Assembly: GCA_905178155.1 (NCBI GenBank)
Contig: CAJINV010000013.1
Coordinates: forward strand, 982,344-1,046,343
Source of the DNA: Amoebophrya sp. A120
Lineage: Eukaryota > Protista > Dinoflagellata
Reading direction: 5' to 3'
Length of the DNA stretch: 64,000 nucleotides
Position 1 is the stretch's first letter, and every line of letters begins with the position of its first letter. Both the position numbers and the translations under genes were made by a program. The notes beneath the pieces were generated by a model. That model was given only the letters and a program-made list of their open reading frames with translations, did no database searches and was not told where the DNA came from. This document shows positions 26,301-38,349 of the stretch, piece after piece.

Positions 26301-27692
26301 ATCGACGTTGGTCATCTCCGTTTCAAAAGACCCACCCTTCGAGGAAGATCGGTCCTTACCTCGACCACTACTATTTCTTCCGAGCAGCACCAGCCCGCAC
26401 CTCTCTTGCATCGCTAACTTGAACCGTCTCCAGTTGCTCATCAGCGCCGCTTTCCCGGTGCCGAGCCAGCTCATCCGCTTCTCATCGTCCAGCCTGTCGA
26501 TCTCCTTGCGCAGCAATTTCATCATGTAGTCGTCGGTTCTCGCGGCGATTTGGAAAGCGGTTTCCTCCGACCGCGACTTCGCTTCGTAGTCCACGACGTT
26601 TTCCTGCAGCAAGATCTTCGCGATGTCGTACCTCTATCAACTGTAAAAATGTCTGGGTCTGGAAGATTGCCAGACTTGTCATGCATATTTTGCATGGCCC
26701 CTGATGGCTGTAATGCATGGCCTAGCATCACATATTTCTAGAAGGCTTCCTGATACCTATTCTGCATGAGAAATGCCCTCTCCGTGTAGACCAAACTGGG
26801 CTCCTCTTGCTGGTCATGCAATACAGATTTTTTTCGAATCCGAAGACAGCATGACAAGTTGCAATCTTCCAGACCCAGACATTTTTTCAATCCATAACCT
26901 CCCCCCGATGACACTTCTGTGCAGCGGTGTCATCTGCTGCACGTCTCGGCGCTTGAACAACTTCGCGCCGTAGAGGCGGATCAAGATTTTGACCATCAGC
27001 GACTCGCCGCGGAAGCTGCACCAGTGCGCCGCGGTGCACTGGTGCGCGTCCGTGTCGTCCACGCAGTGGATATCTTGCCCCAGACAGAGCAGGAAGCCGG
27101 GCAGGTTTCCATGTTGGACGGCGATGATGAGCGCGGAGGCGCCGAGCGAGTCCCGCATGCGGAGAACGGATTTTCCACCCTTCTGGATCAAATACCGCAG
27201 CCCGTAAAAGACCGTCGTAGTGTTGCGTCCCGTCGCGTCCTCCACGCTGTCGCGAACCGGATCCACCTTCGTGATCGCCCACATCAAAGGGGTCTGCTTC
27301 GTCTCGACAGCGAACTGGGCCGGGTTGCAGTGCAGTCTCTCGATGCACCACTGCAACACCTCCACCTCCTCCGGGAACAAGGCGGCCCAGTGGAGCAGAT
27401 TATGTCCGTCGTTGTCGATTTGCTGGCCCAGGTAGCGAAGCTTTTCCGGTTTCTCGCGGGCAAAGCCCTGCAGCACCAACGGCATCTCATTCAACCTGAG
27501 TAGGTTGCGGTACTCGCCAAAACTCCAGGGAAGGGACATGTCGTCCCCGGGCGGTCGGGTGTGGAAGGCGCGGTCGGCTGCGGAGGAGGAGGAGGTGCCG
27601 CCATTGGAGGTGTTTTTCGGCGGGCTCATTGGTCGCCCGGCGGCGCCGTGGTCCCGGGGAGCTCCCGGCCGCTGGCCGTGAAGCACTACCAT
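23383..27692 (-). CDS. Ankyrin-repeat DHHC-family palmitoyltransferase (DHYC variant), copy 2
   Basis: HNLLHWAA, QTPLMWA, TAAHWC, TPLHRSVIGGR|YDIAKILL ankyrins; LCETCFCIRDFRTKHCRVSGVCVHDFDHYCPWIGNAVGRGNH; NMTTNE. Start codon uncertain. Confidence 0.9.
24981..25180. mobile_element. IR-introner (TATCCAAGAAAAAA family)
   Basis: TATCCAAGAAAAAAA...TTTTTTTCTTGGATA; flanks GCAGT/GAAGT. Confidence 0.88.
25232..25467. mobile_element. IR-introner (sibling of 10291-10527)
   Basis: Same TIR family; perfect TSD TGGAA; removal gives PTFFH-SLMVLL. Confidence 0.92.
26635..26896. mobile_element. IR-introner family A
   Basis: TIR AAAAATGTCTGGGTCTGGAAGATTGC; perfect TSD ACCTC; GT-AG on minus; splits an ankyrin repeat. 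Confidence 0.95.
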
Positions 27693-28774
27693 GATTTGTT
27701 GTAAAAATGCTAATACAGTTGGTCGAGTCGTGCAGCTGTCTGAAGTAGAGGACTGGTGGTGGGGCTAGGGATGGCCATCAAGATCCGCCGGACGAAATCT
27801 ACGACCTAAGTAGCTCATGACATTTTGCTTCAGGCGGCTGCTGATGCTGAAGATGATGTTGCATCTTCACAGTCTTCCATCTGGGACGACAGCTCTCGAC
27901 CACGTGTGGGCCCCCCCGAGCTGGAAGTTCATTAAAATTAATGTTTTGTCTAGAAACATACGTAGTCGCACTGTGGTAACTTGTTCCGGGATAGTTGTAC
28001 AGGAGACTGTTGGACAGTAGTTGATAGATGAAACGTTTCTTGGTCTTGCAACTGGACTGCATCAACACGAAGGACCGCACGGCCTCTGTACTGTCTGTGA
28101 ATGAACGAACTGCTGAACGGGTGGCGTCGATCTTGTCAGAATCATATATTTCTTGAGTGCGTAGCTTGCGGAAGCAGGGACGTCTACTGCGTGTACGCTC
28201 AGTTGTCACAGAGATCGAACTGAGGAACCTTTTACGAACGAAACGAACATCGCGTAGCATGGTAATGCTGTACGATCGCGTAGCTACTGTAGCAAGCTAA
28301 AACGTGAACGATGTGTCTAAACATTGCAGTCAAGTAGAAACTTGAAGCCTCAATTTCGTGCAAACGAGAGTACTTAGACATTCTTTTGCTTTGCAGAGCG
28401 CAAGAACAGTGACAGACGGAGAGAGCACAGACAGACGAGTGAACACACGCCAGCTCAGTACTAAACCCAAACACCGAACTCTGGTGGTGGATGCCTGCAG
28501 TGTAACTCACCTACACCATCTTCACCACTACCACTCTCCCTCTAATACTGTTCTGAGATGACGCACGCTGACTTTTTTCTTTCAAATCACGCCCTCGGTG
28601 GAGGACAAGGAGAGCGAGGTCAAGAACCGCTCGAGGACACAAGGCAAGATAATTAATACCGGTCGCTCCTCTCAACCTCAAGAACACGAGGCTGTAGCAG
28701 GATAACTTCTGGTCTACTTTTACTTGCAAGGACGAGCTGGAACGTCTATGGTTCCAAAAGCAAAAGCGTGGCAG

Positions 28775-30190
28775 CTATCTGGAGTCGGTGTCTCTTAGAC
28801 ACTCGCAAACACTTTCAGAGCTCCAAACAACTGGCTTCCTTCCCGCCGGTAAGCGGCTCACACGCGCGCCCGCTTGAAAGCGGATGAGCTGAGCCAACGA
28901 ACATAGGGCAACTAAGACAAGCCCAGACAAGGACATGGGCCACCGAGGATCAGCGCCGGTGAGGGCGTGGGGCAGATGGCCGGCCAACACACGCCGCCAA
29001 GCCTGAGCGTGCGAGGCAGGGGGGCGGGCATCCAATAGATATGGCGCGCGGCCGGCGAAACCAAGCAACCAGCGCCCGGCATTCCGGCCAGCAGGCCCAC
29101 CCCTGAGAAGGCCGGGGGGACCACCTGGGCCACGCCCCTGCTAAGAGCCCGGCTGGTGACAGACCTACCTTCTCTCTGGCCCGCAAGCCCGCCCCATACA
29201 CACACCCCGCCGCCGCAGCGCCTGCGTGCGGGCAGGCGGCAAAGAAATGGGCGGCGCGCACGCCTTTCGGTGGCATCGAGATGCACAATCCCCACGAGGC
29301 AGTCTCGGTCTTGGAGTTGTCCGCGCGATTGTTTCCGGCAAGCTCCACTTTCCGGTCGAAAATGACGCCAATAAGAGCGCCAAACTCTTTCGGACTGAGG
29401 CCGTCGGGCCGGATCACGAGGGGGGGCGCCTTCTCAGTCCCGGCCTGGACTCCTTCCCGGCGCAGGGAGTATGTCTGCTGTAAGACCATCACGCTGTCGC
29501 TGGGATTGGGACCGGAACGGTCCGCGAGAGGGCACATACAGGCCCGCGAGCGCGTCGCGCCCCGCATCATTTTCCCCGCGGGGAGGCTGCCAAGCAGGCG
29601 GCGAACGCCCCACCCAGGTCTGTCCAAAAAGCTGGCGGACCCTGTGCACCAGCCCCGCCCCCTTCGTTCTGGCTTGCCGCAAGCCCGCAAGCGGGGGCGC
29701 CCCCTCGGGCTTCCCCGTCGGTGTATCCTCGCACCAGTGGGCGCGCAACACTTCCGGCCATACTTCGCGACGACCGCCAGGCCCGGCATCTTGGTCGTGT
29801 GTCTCAGGTAGTCGCTGACCAACCTTCTGCAATCAGCCATCTCCGTCCGGCCCCCGCCGGGAGGCCACGCGCGCGCAAAACTCGCCGCGCTTTGACTCCG
29901 AGGCCTCGAAGCGCGCGTAGTCCAGTTCGGTCGGTCCCAAGCTCCGCGGAGAAGATTCCAGGCCCCGCGGCCGTAGCTAGCCCCGAGCGCCCGAGGCCCC
30001 CCGCCACCCTACGCAGAAACTCGCGCAAGGCCTCTAGTCGCCCCCGCTCGATCAGCTTCAAGTCAAAGGCTTGGACTAATGAATCTAAGCTTGGACCACG
30101 TCCACGCCTAGAAACGAACAACTCCAAGGACATGAAAGACGGACAAAAGAACAACAAGGGCTTTGCGAGAGAGGTGTGAGTCTCTCGATC
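28775..30190 (-). mobile_element. GC-rich unclassified insertion, possibly a truncated retroelement
   Basis: Abrupt GC shift, frameshifted minus-strand ORFs (29804-30133, 28950-29840), purine tract then TGTCAC near 29160, short hairpins at both edges; no domain recognised. Confidence 0.3.
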
Positions 30191-30921
30191 GATGTTTCTC
30201 TTTGCTGTATGTTTCACCTTTTCACATAATTCTCGAAGCTGTTTACTGTGCTGCATTTTGTGTTTTGTTTTTCATCGCGATCAGCCTCAGGCATCTACAT
30301 CCTAGTGGGAGATTGATGAAGTAGACATCACAATACAACTTCAACTTGTTGCAATCGCACAGTCATCAGGCTCCACCAGCGATCGGTACGATCTGTAAAA
30401 ACTGAAAGAATGCGAAATCACAAAAAACACTGGAAGCCAGGTCGATATTATAATTCCTTGTTCTGCTCGGCCGCCCAACGCAAACGGCCCCGGCACCTTG
30501 AGTATCCAAACGTAAAATAAAGGTTAGCAGACCAGAATCTCAACTGCAGCAAATCGTCTCAACGTTGAGCCAGAAGGTAGCCAACGTTGGGAAAAGTGTC
30601 TCAACTACTCAACTTAGTAGAAGTAGAAGTAGTTCAAGCGTACAAGTAGAAGTAGAAGTAGGTGGGGCTAGATCGATCTAGAAGGAGTCGCGGTAGAAAA
30701 GCTGCAGCAGAAGGGAAAGCACAGTGACAAGCAGGCAGAAGATGGAAAGAGGGCAGCGCCGTCTCTTTCTTGTCTCTATCTGGCTGTGTCTTTTCTCTCT
30801 CTCTTGTCTCTATCTGGCTCTCTCATCTCTTTCTCTCTCTACCCTCTCCTTCACCCTCTCGCACATCCATATATTTGGTGTGTCAGAAATCTAACTTGAA
30901 GAGACAAAGAAGACAGGACTT

Positions 30922-31035
30922 TTATTGCTCGACTGCGCTTTAATTTTGTCCACCGATTGCGACGATCCGTTTGTATTGCTCGACTGCGAAGATCCGTTTG
31001 TATTGCTCGACTGCGACGATCCACTTTGTCCACCA
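30922..31035. repeat. Short 27-bp imperfect tandem repeat in the MULE 5' region
   Basis: Repeated TATTGCTCGACTGCG and GATCCGTTTG units. Confidence 0.7.
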
Positions 31036-31348
31036 GAGCCCGATCCATGTTGTCCAAAGAACCACAAGAAGGCCCTTGTCGTTGCCTTTTTCTTTTTTTG
31101 TCATTTTCTACATGAGGCCCGCTTGTGGTTCGATGTCAGAACCACACTTCGACCTCCACTGCGCGCAGCTGTCCAGTGAGCAGCGCCCCTCTCTTTTCTC
31201 CAGCCAGGTTTGTTGTAGTTAGTACACTGAGGCAGGTTGTGTTGTAGTTAAGTATAGCCATCGGGCTCGAAGATACAAAGTCACAGAGAACCACCATCCG
31301 CCTCCGGGGCATCAATTACCTAGCGCGAGCTGCTGCGGCGCGAGAAGC

Positions 31349-34300
31349 ATGAGCTCCGCAGAAAAAGACCCGCCGGCGCGTGGGCGCTCCGCAGCACCCC
31401 CGGGCAGCCAGCACTCCGTATCCGACTGCGTCGAGGCCGGCGGCGGGCTGACTCCCTTGGTCGCGAGGATCAAGAAATGCAGCACATCCGTCGGGAAAGA
31501 GCTGATCATGCGCGCGATCGACAAAGGGGAAAAGGAGTTTGAACGTTTGAACCTGCGAGAGGCGTGCGGGAAGCGGCGTCTCTTCGCCAATGACCTTGAC
31601 GACATGCTGAAGCCGCAGGCGGACGAATTGCTGCAGGCCTCCCTACCAGCGCAGGGCCTTCTTCCCAAGCAACAGCGTCTTCTTCCGGGTCCGCTTATCA
31701 AATGCAAACATGTCCGGGTCTGGAAAATTTCGGGAGTTTGTCATGCAAATTGTACATGGCCTCCCATGCCTGTGATGCATTCTCTAGCAACACAGATTTC
31801 TCACGGGTTTGCTCATGTCTATTCTGCATGAGAAGTGCTCTGTTTGAGTAGCATCAATCACGCAATACAGATCTGCAGCAGTCACGCAATACAGATCTTT
31901 GTGTGATCGACAGCTAGCATCACAAATCCCATTCTACTTGCCAGACCCAGACATATTTGCAATGAATGCCGCTTGTGAACATGCAACAACTACCGGCGGC
32001 GTCGAGTGGTAGTAGTAGCAGCTACATGACGGGAGTGCCACTGATGTCGAACATCAAGCAGCAGAAACTTGCGACGGGCAGCAAGCAGAACTTGCTCAGG
32101 GACTATCAGCAGGAGTCTAATTACGTGCAGCGCCCGGCAGGTTCCTCGCGCCTGGACATGATCACGGGCGAGCAGGGGTCGGGATTGTTAGGCTCGGAGA
32201 ACCAGCAACAACAGAGCAAGGGTCAGTCATCGCGGAGTGCGAAACGGCCGGCCGGTTTCGCCTCGTCTTCTTTATCCGCGGACCATGTTGCCCCGGGCAT
32301 GTTCGTATGAGTTGCAAATATGTCTTGGCCTGACAGGTCCGCTGGACTTTGTATATGCATTCGCTGCATTCCTGAAAAACAAATATCTGTGTTGCGCGAG
32401 CGGCAAAAGAGCAGCTTGCTTCATCATGCAGAAATGCAGTCGGTATCTGTAATGCGTTCTAGGCATCAATCTGTAATGCAGTCGCGTCTGTTCTTGTAAT
32501 GCAGAAGTGCAATCTTGTCATGCAGAAATGTATCACAGGTCTGTTTCCAGACCCGGACATGTTTGCGCTTCATATTTTGGCGACCTGGATGAGCAATATT
32601 TCCCGGGCGATGACGAGTTTCACCCCTCAGGACTGGACGGGGCTTTGTCCGAGCAGAGCAGTGACGCAGAATTTGAAAAGTACGATGGGATCAGTAGCTT
32701 CATCCGAAAGCGCATCAAGAACGCAACGCAGGGAGGCAAGAAGAAGAGGAAGGACTCGCTCGACCTCGACTTCGGGGATGGTTTCGGCAACGGAGGCGAG
32801 GGCGGTGAAGGCGAAAACGGTAACGACAAGCCTATCGCGGAGCTGGGGGCGAACTTGAAAAGCAAAAAGATGCAGCAGGGGGGCGCAAAGAGGAGGAAGG
32901 TAAGACCTCTACTCTAGGTCTCTCGGCTCGGTTCTAGATCTTTCTGGCCGGCATCTTTAGGACAGTCCTTGTTTTTTGTCTTCCGCGATCGATTAATGAA
33001 GAAAATGACCCTGTTCTCTTGTTACACAAACCGCAAACGAACCAAAACACAGAAGAACGACCCGCCGCTGCTGGAAGCAGATGGGGAGCACGGAGATGCC
33101 GCCCCGCCCGCGGCGGGCGGAAGAAGGAAGAACGACCCGTACGTTGTCAAGATGGTGGTGCCCCAAACCGTCCAGGCCACGGCCGCGGAGTCCCTCCGCG
33201 AGGGGGAGGGAAGCGACGTGAGGTTCAAAGCGGTGGTGCAGAAGTGGAACAGTGAGCGGCTTAATATGACGCTGCTGAAACCTCCGACGAAAGACGGCAA
33301 GCGGACCTGCTACCTGAGGTGCAGGCTATCGATTGCAAGCATGCCTGGGCCTGGATTAGTGGGCGGAGGGCTTTTTGCTCTTTGCCAAAGATCGGCACGC
33401 TACACTCACATGTGAGACACAGACATAGCATGACCATTTGCCACCGGATGGGTGGTGGTTTTGTTTCTCTTTGCCTAAGATTGGCACGCTAAGTGAAGTC
33501 TTTAGACTTAGCGCGACGAATTACCATCTTCCAGACCCAGACGCGTTTGCATGGAATACAGAGACCCGAAGAGCAATGTGAAGGTTGCGAGCGAGCGAGC
33601 TGGTTGCCAGTGCCTCGTGCGGTGCACCTGGCACAAGGACGCGTTTGAAGCCTACTGCTCAAAAGTCTGCGAGTATGTCGAGGCCGAGCGGAGCCTGCGC
33701 GACGTCCTCCGTCCGGTCGAGCACATGGAACCACTGCGGGCCGCCAATGTGCTAGCTGCGCAGCATGGGAACCCGGAAATATCAAATGCAAAAGTGTGTT
33801 GGTCTGGAAGCTTGAAACTCGTGACGCTAACTTTGGACACTCGAAAAATCTGTATTTTGTGACCACACCGAGGAGTTTAGTTTGTGCTACGCGGGGAGGG
33901 CGTTTGTCATGCGGGGTAGGCATGAGGAATCTGTGATGCGCGGCCGTGCATTACAGACACCCTGGATCATGCAAAACATGCATGACAAATCTCAAAATCT
34001 TCCACACCCAGACATTTTTGCATTTGATAGGACGAACTGGTTGACAAGTTGAACTCGATCAGGCGCAAAGACCGCCGGCAGAAGGCGAAAGAGCGGGAAG
34101 GTTTGGGGGCCGACGAAATTGCAGCGCGGGAAGCCGTATCAACTGGAAACGTGTCAGGGTCTGGAGGGACAACGCGAGCTATCTCTTTTATCGCAACGAG
34201 CGATATCTCGGACATTCGCAATCGATTTCGTCCTCGCGGGGGGGTTCCATCTCGATTTCGATCTTTGGCACCCCTGCATATATCGCTTATATGCATGACA

Positions 34301-37300
34301 AAACCGCGCCTCGCATTCTTTTCCGACTTTGATCTCTCTCGCGGGTCCGTCTCGGTCTAGAGCCTCGTCCGACGATGCACAACGCGAGTGGTTTCTAGTA
34401 GTTTTTGACGTAGACAGGGAGCTGGTGATGGCCCGCCGGGTTCCTCGCGGTTCGTTGGCGTCCTTAACCCGCCGACCGGAGTCGGCGACTTCCGTTAATT
34501 TCAACCGGGAAATTAAGGGAAGTCGCCGACTCAGGTCGGCGGGTTAAGGACACCTTGAAGAACCCGGCGGGCCGCTAGTTGGCTTCCTACTATCAGGGAG
34601 CCCTGCTTTGCTTTCAGAGGTTCCACTTTGCTCTCTGACTACTGTGCTTTCAGGGTACTTTGCTTTCAGGGTACTTTGCTTTCGTTCGCTTTCAGGGTCC
34701 TTGCTTTCGTTCTCTTTCAGGGTACTGCTTTCAGGGTACGATAGCAAGGGCGGAAGGCCTCCAGACGGAAGCTCAAGCCATTTGCGCTTTTTGTTAGATT
34801 AGGTTCTAGATTACTTCGCTCGGCTTATTGTTGTACTTCTCTTAAATTGAGAACGTTTTACAAAAGGCAGTGGCTTGAAAGATCCAGAAAAATGAGCGTC
34901 CTCGTCCTATCTGACGAACAAGGCTTGCTTTTCTTTTAGAAAGTGGCCCCCTTACCTTTCAGTAAAGATCCAGAAAAATGGAGAACCCCGCCCATTCTAG
35001 ACAGGAACAGATGGGTCCACATCATGCGGGAAGGGCGTTTGTCATGCGAGAAAGCTCGTAACGTTCCAGACCCAGACCTATTTGCAACGCATATGCCCGG
35101 GTCGGTGAGGTGGTCCGTCGCTTTCAGCAGTACATGGAGCAGGAGACTCCGTTGACCCAGCTCCCGGTTGAAAAACAGGACGCCAGCTCCGAAAAGATGC
35201 AGACGGTGAGCTATGTCCGTGCGGTGCCGGTGGACGAGAACATGCTGCCGAAAAAAACCGCCATCGTTTCGAGCGCAGTGTGGGAAAAGAGGTCGCGCAA
35301 CTTGGTGCGAGTTTTGAAGGGGGAGCTCGACGCGGACCCGCGCGTGGCGAAACCGGAAAACCAAAAAGGCCTTTTGCCGGTGGAGCAGCCCGATCGATCT
35401 GAAAAAGGACTTGCGGCGCAAAGAAACGAAGCGGCGGCGACAAAGTTGCCAACTATTGGCATCGTTGTCGATGCCACGTACGACAGTATTATGCATACTC
35501 ATCACTTCTGCTGTTGCGTTTCAATGATGTCGCCCTGGCTTCTAATTTTGGTAGCCTCCCCCTGGAAACCGCCAGGCTAGACTCAGAATGAGTGTCGTGG
35601 TACTTAGCATGCAGCCGCATACAATGAGAATCGAATGAATTCAAAAACCACAGTCAACCGCGACAACTGGAGTTATTCCTGTGCGAGTTTGACCTGCCTG
35701 CACCGGGACGACCGCGGAATTATCAGGAGAACGTCCCAGCGCATCGCCGCGGCCTGGTCAGCGGGGGAAAAAAACGAAATGTGGAAGGACTTATGGGCGC
35801 ACTGCAACAAAATTCTGGGTGGTGTGTTGACCTCTGGCGCGTTTGAAGTTCGGGTGATGTGCGACGAACATCTTTCCATCTCGAAGGCGGTGACGGATTC
35901 GTGGGGGAAGCATTGCGTGATCCTGGACCCGCGCCATGTGAGTGCCACCGCGCAGCGAGTTACGTCCGACCCTATCAAATGCAAAAGCGAGTGGGTCCGG
36001 GAGAACACAACCCGTGGCGTTGCGTTTGGATGTCTAGAACATTGGCGCTGCATGAGCAGCAAAAGGAGTCTCGTTTTTGCTGCACGGGGAGGGCGTTTCC
36101 ATTTGTCGTGCGGAATAGGCATCAAGCATCCCTCAAAACAGCTGTAATGCTAGTGCATGCATCACAGACAATAGGGCTGGCTCATGCAAACCGTGCATGA
36201 CATGGCTCGTCAGAATCTCCCAGACCCAGAGATGTTTGCATTTGATAAAACACGGCGTCCAGCAATTTCTCCAAATATATGTACGGCGTGAAAACATGAG
36301 ACGCGCCCGGCTTGGAAGAACCTCCCGACGGTGAAAGAAGGTTTGCCATGCAGGACCGAGGGCAGGGGGTGGACCGACCCGGGGCAGGGGGTGGGCCCGG
36401 GGCAGGGGATGGGCCCGGGGCAGGGGATGGGCCCGGGGCAGGGTTTGGGCCCAGGGCAGGGGTTTGGCCCAGAACCCAGGGCTGGGGTTGGGCCCAGGGC
36501 AGGGGCTTGGCCCGGGGCCGGGGTTGGGCCCAGGTTGGGCAGGAGTGGGGCCCAGGGCAGGGGTTGGGTCCAGGGTAGGGTCTGGGCCACGGGCAGGGTT
36601 TGGGGGGGCCCAGGGCAGGGGTTGGGCCTAGGGCAGGGGTTGGGCCCAGGGCAGGGGTTGGGCCCAGGGCAGGGGTTGGGCCCAGGGCAGGGGTCGGGCC
36701 AATGGCAGGGGATGGGCCCCGGGCAGGGGATGGGCCCTTAGCAGGGGTTGGGCTCGGGGCAGGGGTTTGGCGGGCCCAGGGCAGGGGCTGGGTCCGGGGC
36801 AGGGGTTTGGCCCAGCGGTTGGGCCCCCCCCCAGGCAGGGCGGGGGGGAGAGTGTGGGATCGCCGCTGGCTCCCAGCGTTGGTTCTTGCAGGCCATCTGC
36901 GATTCGTAGACAGCCTGAGCGGTCGCAAGGGTGCTATGTGTCGTTCGTGAAGTCCAAATCTGTATCTTAGTTAAGACGCAGTATGAGCCAGCGCCACACG
37001 CTCCCGAGTGTTCCCTTCCAAAGCCGGGCCGCTTTGTATTGCATAGCGCCGCCAGTGCCCCAATGAAGCGACCGCCCGTCTTTGGGCCTTCTACGGCGCG
37101 GATAAGATAACCAGCAGCACCAGCGACAAGTGGATTGAGAAGCTGATCACCTGGGAACAAGACGACGCATGGATCGGCTGCGACTTTCACCCAGGCTTGA
37201 CGGTGCCACTGACGAATAGCATCGCAAGCAGCCTGCCGGGTCTGGTTGACGGGTATTGGTCCCAGAACAAAGAGAGAGGCTTCAGAACGCTCAAAGGCGC

Positions 37301-38026
37301 TTGCTGCAACAGTAATTTGAACACTTTGCCGACGACTGAAGCCATGGCGCAGCTGTCGGACGCAAATTTTGCGGTGGACAAGTCTTACAACAGCAAGGAG
37401 CAATTTTATGCTGTGCCTGCGGACGTTTTCGATGTCGAGTTCCAGAAGCAGGGGCAGGCGATTTGGGACGAGTCGAAGGACCTCTACTGTCCGGATGCCG
37501 ACCGTTTCGTGTTGCGCAAGTGCGGAACGGCCCGCCCCGCCCAGACGCAGAAGTGGTTGGAAGCCGCCGGCCGCCTGCTGGAGCCGGGGAAGATGGGGCC
37601 GATGATGGAGGAGGACTGGTGCTCGTTTTGTCTGGTTGCGCGCAGTGAAAGCGTGCGACTTCTTGCAGTTCGCTCCGGCGACATTTCAGTTTTGGTTTTG
37701 CGTTGCGTGCGATAGAAAATGCAAAACAACGCAAAAGAAGAACCACCAATCTCCAATACAGGTACACCGTCGGCGTGCGGTACAAGGGGCCTGCGCCCGA
37801 GTACAAGCCGATGCTCAGTTCTAACGCGTTCTTCGAACTTTTGCAGCACTGCGTCACGTCTTCGGCTTTCGTCGTACACCCCTGCTCGTGTGAGGATGCG
37901 ATGGTGAAGGGTCAGTGCGCGCACTCCATTGCCCGGCTCGGCTGGGAGTTGGTTCTCGACTTTCGCCATACGGCGCCGTCCGATCGATGTCGCACCCCCT
38001 TGCGCGGCTCACAAAGGTGCGCGTGA
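31349..38026 (+). CDS. MULE transposase (DDE) with N-terminal Cys motif and SWIM finger, split by about 10 introns
   Basis: CYLRC|RDP...GCQCLVRC; GIVVDATY (~35470); VRVMCDEHLSISKAV...LDPRH (~35860-35935); QNKERGFRTLK (~37270); CSCEDAMVKGQCAH (~37885). Most introner excisions restore frame; a few joins unresolved. Confidence 0.82.
31696..31968. mobile_element. IR-introner family A inside transposase
   Basis: TSD CCGCT; removal gives LPGP-LVNMQQ. Confidence 0.88.
32306..32574. mobile_element. IR-introner family A (diverged) inside transposase
   Basis: TATGAGTTGCAAATATGTC...GACATGTTTGCGCTTCATA; removal gives PGMF-GDLDE. Confidence 0.78.
33327..33558. mobile_element. IR-introner family A (diverged) inside transposase
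   Basis: TAT...CTGGGCCTGGA / TCCAGACCCAG...ATA; flanks CAGGC/CAGAG allow GC-AG. Confidence 0.78.
33780..34029. mobile_element. IR-introner family A inside transposase, reverse orientation
   Basis: TATCAAATGCAAAA...TTTTGCATTTGATA; removal gives HGNP-DELVDK. Confidence 0.88.
34137..35093. mobile_element. Long (957-bp) family A introner containing a 92-bp palindrome
   Basis: Ends TATCAACTG...GGGTCTGGA / TCCAGACCCAGAC...CATA; removal gives REA-RVGEVVRRF; hairpin at 34460-34551. Confidence 0.78.
35973..36247. mobile_element. IR-introner family A inside transposase
   Basis: TATCAAATGCAAA...TTTGCATTTGATA; interior resembles 33780-34029. Confidence 0.85.
36359..36850 (+). repeat. G-rich 18-bp minisatellite (GGGCAGGGGTTGGGCCCA)n, G-quadruplex-prone
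   Basis: More than 20 degenerate units of G-runs in a transposase intron. Confidence 0.9.
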
Positions 38027-38349
38027 CGCAGCGGGCCCCATGTTGCTTGCGGGGGACCGCAGCACCGCTGCCGCGGCCTCCGCCGCAGAACTGGAACTCT
38101 GAGGCCGCAAAGCCGCCCCCCCCTTCGTTGCAGAGGTAGATTCTTCGGAAACAACCCCTATGGGCTGGGCTTCCTATGTTGCCCCTGCACTGGCCTGCCA
38201 CAGGAATCGCGTAGGGGGGCGCCCTTGCCTCCGCGTCCGCCTGCCTACGCGGACGCGCAGGGCAGCGGGCGCGCCGCCTGAAGCATTGTAGCAAGCCCCG
38301 GCGGACGCCGCGCAGCGGCGGGAGGCAGTCCGCCCCCTGACTTCCGCAA

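Noticed and set aside
36182-36950. Pro/Gly-rich ORFs
   Set aside because: Translations of the G-rich minisatellite, open in several frames.
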